In this document: positions 54,714 through 64,000 of the stretch, piece after piece
How the letters are laid out: each line of letters starts with the position of its first letter
Numbering within the stretch: position 1 is the stretch's first letter
Source: Rhynchobatus australiae
Taxonomy: Eukaryota
DNA length: 64,000 nt
Assembly: GCA_034780895.1 (NCBI GenBank)
Contig: JAUZTB010000042.1
Span: forward strand, 674,526 to 738,525
Direction: 5' to 3'
Notes under the pieces: generated by a model
What the model was told of the DNA's origin: nothing
What the model saw: only the letters and a program-made list of their open reading frames with translations
Databases searched by the model: none
Program-made: the position numbers and the translations under genes

Positions 54714-55914
54714 AATGTTTATTTTAACAGTAAATAATTGATGTGTCACAACATATCATATATTCTTTAACATCCACAGGCAGGTTCTGATGAAAGCTCC
54801 ATGATCGAAAACAAACATTTTCTCTTCCACAAAGTTTGTCTGATAAATTGAAGTACTCAGACTATTTGATTTAATTTCAGATTTACTGCATCAGGAGCTT
54901 TCTGCTTTTTAACTTAATTCAAGAATTTCAGATATCTAGTTCTTACAGTTCATGTCAGAAATGTCAACTTCGGATGAAATGTCCATCAACCTGTAAAGTC
55001 AAATCTATGTTCCTCTCTCCACAGATGCTACCTGGCTGACTGAGTACTTCCAGCATTCTCCTTTATTTCAGAGTTCCAGCATGCTTGGCGTTTTGTATCG
55101 CACAGTACCACTGTCACTGGTTCTCCTTCGTTCCCATTCATCTGCTTCTATTGGCATCCAACAGATCAGCTGAAGTTAACAACCCCTCACTAACCTCTGT
55201 CAGCAGCGTCACTATTTACATCATTTAGTCTCTCGAACTCCACCCTATCACAGGCATCCCCTTTGTTTTCTCTACCCCTCCCCCTTCTCTCCAACTTAAA
55301 ATACGCAGAAATGTTAACTCTACGTGCATCTCACCACAAATACAGTCCGATTAAACATTTTCTGTTTTTAAATCAACTTGTGGCAGTAAAATTGCAGGAT
55401 CATTCACAGATTAAAGCGTACAACATCTGACTCTTTAAAAGCAAAATCTGTGCCATTTACAGTATTTACCTTCTACCTGCTTTCAACAAATGTTTAACAG
55501 CAGCATAAACGTCCCAGAAAAGGAAAATAACAGAACGCCACCATCCATGGTGCGCCCATTCCGTAATCGCTGTGCTTTTGCACCCTTCCAGGGTGCAAGT
55601 ACCCGGGTAAAAACCTCAGCCTGTTTCAAAGCAAAATCTCAGCGTATGCCCCAAAGCAACAGGAAACTCTCCGCACTGAATTGTCAAATATAAAATCAGT
55701 GAGACTTGGATATGAAAATACTCTTGTTCCAGTGAGCCAGCGATATATCATGGCTCTGGGAGGACGTGAAAGGTGCTGTATAAACGCAGGTTCTATTTGT
55801 TGAAGCATGTGCCCCCCTTTACACTGAGTCCATGTCTGTGCACGGAACGTCCACTAACATTTGCCGACGTGCGTGATGCACTCGCTCGGAACCTCGCCGG
55901 GTACCGGGGGTCCC

Positions 55915-56145
55915 CGGCCCGCTGACCCGCCCCCCCCTCCACCCCCGGCCCGGTGACCCCCGCCNNNNNNNNNNNNNNNNNNNNNNNNNNNNNNNNNNNN
56001 NNNNNNNNNNNNNNNNNNNNNNNNNNNNNNNNNNNNNNNNNNNNNNNNNNNNNNNNNNNNNNNNCCGGTCCAGTGACCCGCCCCCCCCTCACCCCCGGCC
56101 CGGTGACCCGCCCCCGGTCCAGTGACCCGCCCCGCCCCCGGCCGG
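55915..56145 (-). repeat. GC-rich minisatellite (GTGACCCGCCCCC-type units) at the start of intron 1, partly in a gap
   Basis: Repeated ccggtgacccgccccc / ccggtccagtgacccgcc units on both sides of the N run. Confidence 0.75.
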
Positions 56146-56243
56146 AGCACACCCCAGGCCTCGGCCACGGCGGCGAACACAGCGAAACCCAAGCCCGGGC
56201 CGGCGGCCCGAAGGCAGAGGAGCGCGGAGCCGGGTGGCCTCAC

Positions 56244-56327
56244 CTGATTGAGCTCGGTCTCGGCCGCGATCCTGAGGTTGGGGTCGATGGTGCCTTTAAG
56301 CGCCTGTATGATCCGGTTGGGATCCAT
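56244..56327 (-). CDS. IPO8: Importin-8 coding exon 1 ([28 protein letters not shown])
   Basis: ATG at 56327, 84 nt, donor GTGAGG; matches the known IPO8 N-terminus (human [28 protein letters not shown]); inside a CpG island. Confidence 0.96.
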
Positions 56328-56536
56328 TTTGTGCGGCCTGTGCCTGAGCGCCGTGCGGGCGACAACGCCACTCGGCAGCGATGGCGTGCGGGCGCTCCGT
56401 GTGTGTTGTTTTTTTTTGCTTTTCCTCCCTCCGCACCCGCGCGTCACTGCGCGTCACTCAGAGGTGCCGCGAAACACAACATTTAACCGGCCGGCGCCCT
56501 CCAACCGACGCCGGCCCCGGTCGCCCCGGTAACGCT

Positions 56537-56547
56537 CCGCCATCTTG
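56537..56547 (-). promoter_or_regulatory. YY1 motif CAAGATGGCGG
   Basis: Exact consensus oriented with the gene, as is typical near the TSS of housekeeping promoters. Confidence 0.6.
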
Positions 56548-56581
56548 CCCCTCATGGGGGGGGGGGTGGTGGTGGTTGGCG

Positions 56582-56589
56582 TGACGTCA
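56582..56589. promoter_or_regulatory. Palindromic CRE (CREB/ATF) motif TGACGTCA
   Basis: Exact consensus about 255 bp upstream of the IPO8 ATG; function inferred only. Confidence 0.6.
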
Positions 56590-57049
56590 TTGCGGGGCAA
56601 AAGCCCGGCGGCCGGCGATGGGNNNNNNNNNNNNNNNNNNNNNNNNNNNNNNNNNNNNNNNNNNNNNNNNNNNNNNNNNNNNNNNNNNNNNNNNNNNNNN
56701 NNNNNNNNNNNNNNNNNNNGGGCGGCGAGGGCGGAGGTGTGACAGGCGGGCCCGCCGACGGCCGCGGACACCCACAGGGCACCGCACACCGGCTCGGCAA
56801 GTCCTTGATTTCACCCAGAGTTGGTATTTCTAGTTGAGTTGTGTGCGAAATGGTGTTACATGCGGCTATGTGTGAGTGGGAAACCTGCCACCTCACCCGA
56901 GCAACTTAAATCGACAACCAGCAACTTTACTTTCAAAATTAGAATTAGAATGATCAGAATCAGATTTACTGTCACTGGCCTAAATGACGTGGCATTTGTG
57001 GCACAGAGAAAGCGAAGCATCTGCTCTGATCCCCATCAGTGACTTCAGA

Positions 57050-57970
57050 TGTCTCCGTGTGGACTTATGGTGCCCACCCCCACCCACACCCGATGGTCCT
57101 CAACTGTGCCTCTGGTTTCCTGCAGTTCCACTCGCCCCCTCTCCCCCCAGTTGAAATACAAATAGCTTGTGCTCACCTTCCACCCCAACCGGTCTCCACA
57201 TCAATGAATCATTCTTAATACCACCTCCAACAGAATTCCGCTATCAGGCACAACTTCCTCTCCCTTCCACTTTCATGGAGTCATAGTGCATGTAAACATG
57301 CCCTTCAGCCCTACTCGTCCATGCCAACCAAGGTTCCCATCCAAGCTGGTCCCATATCCCTTTCCTATCCATGTACTCGTCAAAGTGTCTTTTAAATGTT
57401 GTTAATGTACCTGCCTCAACTACTTCCTCAGGCAGCTCATTCCATATACTGACCACCCTTTGGGTGTAAAAGTTGCCCCTCAGGCTCCAATTAAATCTCT
57501 CCCCTCTCCTCTCTAAACCTAGTTCTTCCAGTTATTGATTGCCTATCCCTGGGAAAGACTATGTGCATTCACGCTGTCTATGTCCCTCATGAATTTCACC
57601 CATTTTCCTAAGCTCCAATGAATAAAGTCCCAGCCTGCTCAACCTCTCTCCATAACTGGTATCCAGAAGTAGCTTCCCTCTCAACTTCCTGGTTCACTCA
57701 CCTTCAACCACTCTTTTTGTTGGAATACTTTCCCATAAAACCATGGGAGATGCAACACCTGCCTTTTTACGACTTTCTAAAACACCTCGAGGTTCCAATT
57801 GCCTGTCACTTCAGTTCTCTGCCACATTCCAACTCTGGCCTCTCTGTCCTCAACCTCCCAGATCACTGCAATCAAGACTAATGTAAGCTCCAGGGACAAC
57901 ATCTCATTTTCCATCCAATTGCATTGATGCCCTCTGAGACTTGATATTGAACTAATAATTTCAGTTTTTC
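57050..57970 (+). mobile_element. Penelope-like element 3' fragment interrupted by a CR1 3' end
   Basis: Similar to 53200-53660 (ccaattgcctgtcacttcag...gtaagctccagggacaacatctcattttcc). Confidence 0.6.
57278..57657 (-). mobile_element. CR1 3' end nested in a Penelope fragment
   Basis: VSIWNELPEEVVEAGTLTTFKRH. Confidence 0.8.
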
Positions 57971-58279
57971 ATAGGTATAGCTGTGCCTTTCTAATTCAAT
58001 TTGCATTTTATTTCCACCTACAACTGCAGTTTTTAATGTAATTTTACCTTGACAATTTGGTCTACAGTCTATCTCAGACATTCTCCCTCTTATCATGAGC
58101 TCTTACTCTTGTGCACCAGCCTTCGATGTGGCATCTTATCAAATGCCTTCTAAAATTCCAAATACACTACCATCTATAGATTCCCTTCAATCAACTCTGC
58201 TTGTTACATCCACAAAGAACTCCAGCAAACTTGGTTTGATTACATTATGCTTCTCTAAATGACCAGCTACTTCTTCTTT

Positions 58280-58508
58280 GATTATAAAACCCAGCATCTT
58301 ATATGTTCTCCCCGTGTCTGCGTGGGCTTCCTCCGGGTGCTCTGGTTTCCTCCCACATTCCAAAGAAATACGGGATTAGGAAGTTGTGGGCATGCTATGT
58401 TGGCGCTGGAAGCGTGGCGACATTTGCAGGCCACCAGAACACCAGACGCAAAAGATGCATTTCACTGTGTGTTTCGTTGTACGTGTGAGTAATAAAGAAA
58501 TCTTATCA
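58280..58508 (+). mobile_element. 5'-truncated V-SINE, same subfamily
   Basis: Matches the core and tail of 27639-27931. Confidence 0.8.
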
Positions 58509-58780
58509 NNNNNNNNNNNNNNNNNNNNNNNNNNNNNNNNNNNNNNNNNNNNNNNNNNNNNNNNNNNNNNNNNNNNNNNNNNNNNNNNNNNNNNNNNNNN
58601 NNNNNNNNNNNNNNNNNNNNNNNNNNNNNNNNNNNNNNNNNNNNNNNNNNNNNNNNNNNNNNNNNNNNNNNNNNNNNNNNNNNNNNNNNNNNNNNNNNNN
58701 NNNNNNNNNNNNNNNNNNNNNNNNNNNNNNNNNNNNNNNNNNNNNNNNNNNNNNNNNNNNNNNNNNNNNNNNNNNNNNNN

Positions 58781-58995
58781 CTGCTTTTCCCTCCTATATA
58801 TTGGGCTTTCCCCTTTTCCTATCTTCAGACCTGAAGAAGAGTCCTGACCTGAAAAGTTGACCGCCTGTTTTTCTTCATGGTTGCTGCCAGCATCACAGTG
58901 TTTCTCATTTCTCTCCTTATAGTTACTGCTTGACGCTGGATGCTCTTTGCATTTCCTTTAGTTACAGATTTCTAGCATCTGCGGTTTATTTGCTC
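58781..58995 (+). mobile_element. Penelope-terminus-like repeat with hammerhead-like core
   Basis: cagac CTGAAGA agagtcctgacct GAAA ag tt gaccg; same subfamily as the 44995 copy. Confidence 0.7.
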
Positions 58996-60439
58996 CTATC
59001 TTCCCTTCTGATCCCAGGCATGTCCTGGCCCTGCAGCACAGTAGTAAACAGTTGAAAGGGAGTGGCCCTGGGAATTTTCAACAATGATTCTAGACACATT
59101 GATGTCTAGGCTTCAGGTCAAACTTGAGCATGGAAACCTTGTGCTACTTACTACCTGCTTCTCTCCCTCACCTGATCAATTAACAGTCCTTATTGAATTA
59201 TCACTTGGAAAATTTTGAGCAACCATTTAACCTCCTTCCCTTCATATGAAAATAACTGCCTTATATAGTTATCCAATTCAGCCACCAAAAGAATTCTAAT
59301 TCAGTAAACACACAAATACAGCTATCTGTTGTTTGTGTAAGGAAGTATTGATCTCTTGAGGAGTTCCTCAGTCCTAGCAATAAAAACTTGAAATTTAAAT
59401 CAACTCCAGAACAACTTTAATCTCTTCAGTCCTTTACTGGTAGAATATTGACAATAAGCACATTTACTTATAACCTGTTAAAATGCAATTAATTTGACAG
59501 CCAGAAATTTAAACTGGTGCAGTACCCAAATTTAAAATGACTATTATCCTTGGGACAAATATATATACTACATTATGTAAATAAATTACCCTGCCCAAGC
59601 AGAAAAATGAATTATTGCAACCATATGCTTTCATTTACAAAGTACTGTGAACTTGTTCTGAACTGGAAGTTTTAACCCATGCTATTGGTTGAATGGTGTT
59701 GAATGTACAAGTCTACACACTCGCCTGGAAATGTTTTATTATATTTCAGTGATGTTACAACAATATTGTGGGTCATCTCATACTGTATGTAAGTCCCATA
59801 AAGATCAAGATTTTCAGATGTAATATTTTCAGAACACCATTGTTGGGTTTCCCTGTATAACAGGGAATGAATATTTATTGTGGTAGATTGGATGCCAATA
59901 AAGTGGGCTGCTTTGTCATGAATAGTGTTGAGCTTCTTAAATGTTGCTGCAGTTGCATTCATCCAGCAAGTGGAGAGTGTTCCATGCTGATCCTATGTAC
60001 CTTGGAGGTGATGGGCTGTCGGAAGATGAAGTACTCCACAGAGTATACTATGCCTTTGATCTGCTCTTATAAATAGCATACCATGTGGCTGATGCATTTA
60101 ACTTCTGGTCAATGGTGATTCCCTGGATTGTTGATAGTGGGAGACCCAGCAACAGTAACGTTAAGGGTTGTTGTGAGAGATTGTCATTGCCTGTGACTTG
60201 TATGGTGCTGATATTACATGCTGCTTATCAGACTATGCCTGAGTGTTATCTAGGTCTTGCTGGTTGCTGCTTCATTTTCTAACCAAATGATGGAAGGAGA
60301 GTTGTTGTTAAAGCAGCTAAAAATGATCAGGCCTGGGGCATGACCCTGAGGAACTGCTATCATCATGTCTTGGGGCTAAGATAATTGACCTATAACAATC
60401 ATAACTATCTTCCTTTGTGAGGTACAACTCCAGCCACTG

Positions 60440-62862
60440 GATATTGCACATTGTCACTCCACTATTTAAGGAGGGAGGGAGGCAAAAGACAGGAAATTAT
60501 AGGCCAGTTAGCCTGACTTCAGTGGTTAGTTTCAGGGTACTTCAAAGCACATGATAAAATAGGCTGAATTCAGCATGGTTTCCTTAAGGGGAGATCTTGC
60601 CTGACAAATCTGTTGGAATTCGTTGAGAAAGTAACAAGCAGGATAGACAAAGGAGAGTCAATGGAGGTTGTTCACTTGGATTTTCAGAAGGCCTTTGACA
60701 AGATGCCACACATGNNNNNNNNNNNNNNNNNNNNNNNNNNNNNNNNNNNNNNNNNNNNNNNNNNNNNNNNNNNNNNNNNNNNNNNNNNNNNNNNNNNNNN
60801 NNNNNNNNNNNNNNCCCTTAGGAGGCAGTGATCATAATATGATAGAATTCACCCTGCAGTTTGAGAGGGAGAAGCTAAAATCAGATGTATTGTATTACAG
60901 TTGAGTAAGGGTAACAGAGGCATGAGAGAGGAGCTGGTCAAAGTTGATTGGAAGGGGACCCCAGCAGGGAATACAGTAGAGCAGCAATGGCTGAAGCTTT
61001 TGGGAGTAATTCGGAAGGTGCAGAATCAGTTCATCTCAAAGAAGAAGATATTCTAAAGGGAGGATCAGGCAACCTTGGCTGACAGGGGAAGTCAAAGACA
61101 GCATAAAAGCAAAAGAGAGGGCATACAATATTGCAAAAATTAGTGGTAAGCTAGACGATTGGGAAGCTTTTAAAAACCGACAGAAGGCAACTAAAAAACA
61201 ATAAGGGGAGAAAAGATGAAATATGAAGGCAAGCGAGCCAATAATATAAAAGAGGATACCAAAAGTTTTTTCAGATATATAAAGAGTAAAAGAGAGGCAA
61301 CAGTGGACATCGGACTGCTGGAAAATGCTGCTGGAGAGGTAGTAATGGGGAACAAAGAAATGGCTGATGAACGGAATAAGTATTTTGCGTCAGTCTTCAC
61401 TGTGGAAGACACCACCAACATGCCAGAAATTTGAGAGAGTCAGGGGTAGGAGTGAATGTAGTCGCTATTACTGAGGAGAAAAGAACACAATGATGCTGGA
61501 GGAACTCAGCAGGACGGGCAGCATCTGTGGAGAAAAGCAGGCAGTCAATGTTTCGGATCAGGACCCTTCTTCAGTCCTGATAAAATGGGCCAAAATCAGC
61601 ATGGTTTCCTTAAAGGGAGACCTTGCCTGACAAATCTGTTGGAATTCTATAGGGAAGTAACAGGCAGAATAGACAAAGGAGAGTCAGGAAATATAAAGGA
61701 TTTTCAGAAGGCCTTTGACAAGGTGTCACACATGAGGCTGCTAAACAAGATAGGAACCCATGGAATTACAGGAAAGGTACTAGCATGGATAGAAGATTGG
61801 CTGACTGGCAGAAGGCAAAGAGTGGGAATAAAGGGGCCTTTTCTGATTGGTTGCTGGTGACTAGTGGTATTCTGCAGGGGTTGGTGTTGGGTCTGCTACC
61901 TTTCGCATATGTTAATCTCGATGATGCAATTGATGGCTTTGTTTGCGGATGATACAAAGATAGGTGGACTGGCAGGTAGTGTTGAAGAAGCAGGGAGTCT
62001 GCAGAAAGACTTGGATAGTTTGGGAGAATGGGCAAAGAAATGGCAGATGAATACAGCATAGGGAAGTGTATGGTCATGCACTTTGGTAGAAGGAATAAAG
62101 GAATAGACTATTTTCTAAATGGGGAGACAATTCAGAAATCAGAAGTGCAAAGGGACTTGGGAGTTCTAGTGCAAAATTCCCTAAAGAACTTGCAGGTTGA
62201 GTCGGTAGTAAGGAGGGCAAAACACAATGTTAGCATTCATTTTGGAGGGGAATAGAATATAAACGCAAGGATGTAATGCTGAGGCTTTACAAGGCATGGT
62301 CAGACCATATTTGGAGAATTGTGAGCAGTTTTGGGTCTCACATCCAAGGAAGGATGTGCTGGCATTGGAGAGGGTCCAGAGGTGGTTTACAAGAATGATC
62401 CCGGGAATGAAAGGGTTAATGTACGAGGAGTGTTTGATGGCTCTGGGCCTGTACTCGCTGAAGTTCAGAAGAATGAGGGGGAATCTCATTGAAACTTACC
62501 GAATATTGAAAGGCCTGGATAGAGTGGACATGGAGAGGTCATTTCCAATAGTGGGAGGATCTAGGACCAGAAGATACAGCGTCAGAATTAAAGGACATCC
62601 ATTTAGAACTGAGATGAAGAGGAATTTCTTTAGCCAGAGGGTGAGGAAGCTGTAGAATTCATTGCCACAGATGGCTGTGGGGGCCAAGTCATTGGGTGTA
62701 TTTAAAGCAGAGATCGATAGGTTCTTGATTAGCAAGGGTGTCAAAGGTTATGGGGAGAAGGCAGGAGAATGGGGTTGAGAGGGAAAATAAATCAGCTATG
62801 ATCAAATGGCAGAGCAGACTTGATGGGCCGAATGGCCTAATTCTGCTCCTTTGTCTTATGGA
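60440..62862 (+). mobile_element. CR1 LINE ORF2 and 3' UTR, rearranged and frameshifted
   Basis: NYRPVSLTSV, QHGFLKGRPCLTNLLEF, DFQKAFDK, FADDTKIG, VRPYLENCEQFW, LERVQR motifs; 3' tail ctgctcctttgtcttatg. Confidence 0.9.
61482..61582 (-). mobile_element. Penelope-terminus-like repeat embedded in a CR1 LINE
   Basis: gatgctggaggaactcagcagg...tttcggatcaggacccttcttcag interrupts CR1 ORF2. Confidence 0.75.
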
Positions 62863-64000
62863 TTAACGTTGGTTTAGTTTTACAAGGATTTCTTCCTGCC
62901 CTCTCTGACAAATGCTGCCTTAATGTTAAGAGAAGTTATTTGACTTGCTTCTGGAATTCAGCTCATTTGTCCAATCCTGGATCGAGGCTGAAATGTAATC
63001 TAGATGCAAATAGGCCTAATAAAGCACAAACTAAGCAGGTTGATAGTGAATAAATATTACTTGAATCTTCCATCATTTTGCTGGTGAAAACAAACTGAGG
63101 AAGCACTTGTTAGCTAAATTGGATTTGTCCTGCTTTTTTGCGGACAGGGCATTTCCAGGCAACTTTCCACTGTTGGATAGTTGCCAGTGTTGTGACTGCA
63201 GTGGAACATTTTGGCTAGAGATATGCTTGTTTTGCAGCAAGTCTCTAACACCACAGTTGGGATGTGTCCGGTCCTATTTCTTTGTTGTAACCTGTGCTCT
63301 CTGCCATTTCCTGGAATGAATTAAATCAGCTGATTTCTGTGAGGCATTGGTCTCAAGAGGAAGCCAGGGTGGATTATCCACTTAGTACTTCTTGCTGAAT
63401 ACAGTAGCAAATGTTTCTGCTCTTAGACATTCTTGTGCTAGGTACTGTTGTTATTTAGAACGAGAATGTTCTTCCTGTTAGCCATTGGGAGGATATCAAG
63501 GAATATATTTGCAGAAAAACCTCTCTTCGACCAACAGTGAAGCAAGTCTCAACTCTTCAGTTAAGGCCTGCTTATGTGAGAGTGGCCCAGGCCCAATATT
63601 GTAAATTAAATTTCTGAAGTTGGAACAATATTGTCTTCTCTCTGCAATCTTATTTGGATTCTTAAAAATAAACTGTACTTGTAGTTTTAGCTGTAAGTAT
63701 GTAATCTGAGATCATTTTTCCACTTATTGAAGAAATCAGGCACATATAAGGTTGATAACTTCTGGTGCACAAGATGGTATTGCAAGGCTGACACTGAAGC
63801 ATACTAATCCCATCCAATATGCTCTAAGATGTAATGTTTGGATCATAGAAAGGATGGGACTGCTTCTGGAAAACACAACGTGCCTTTGACATTAATTAAC
63901 AAAGATAGGAGAGAATGACAATCATATTAAATGCACTTGCATTTAAATAGCAAGCAAAACATATCAAGTTGCTTAAAAATGTGTTAACTTTAAAAATTTG

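Larger units (their letters stand above)
55860..56800 (-). promoter_or_regulatory. IPO8: CpG-island promoter / 5' region of IPO8
   Basis: Abrupt rise in GC and CpG in otherwise AT-rich, CpG-depleted DNA; spans exon 1. Confidence 0.9.

Noticed and set aside
55854-56243. ORF continuing past IPO8 exon 1
   Set aside because: It reads through a canonical GT donor into a GC-rich intron and a gap; IPO8 similarity stops at ELNQ
56800-64000. Divergent or neighbouring gene upstream of IPO8
   Set aside because: No recognisable exons; the region is mostly TE-derived

Overview
Eukaryotic, gap-rich (many N runs) vertebrate genomic DNA. The repeat landscape (V-SINEs, DeuSINE, CR1, Rex/Babar, RTE, Penelope-like elements) points to a cartilaginous fish, probably a ray or sawfish relative; this assignment is from recall and unverified. 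The window holds the 5' half of importin-8 (IPO8) on the minus strand. Coding exons 1-4 and 6-9 were read by hand with consistent splice phases; exon 5 is not visible and probably sits in an assembly gap. A CpG-island promoter lies at about 55.9-56.8 kb. Nearly all ORF-track entries are spurious or transposon relics. The most interesting signals are: (1) a dispersed family of Penelope-terminus-derived elements carrying minimal hammerhead-ribozyme cores with covarying stem I, including one fold-back copy with a 15-bp target-site duplication; (2) a ~190-bp locally templated inverted insertion into a Penelope element; (3) an upstream ATG in frame with IPO8 but separated from it by one TGA. Exon coordinates are exact (except the exon 4 acceptor); repeat boundaries are approximate and family assignments come from recalled consensus motifs, not database searches.
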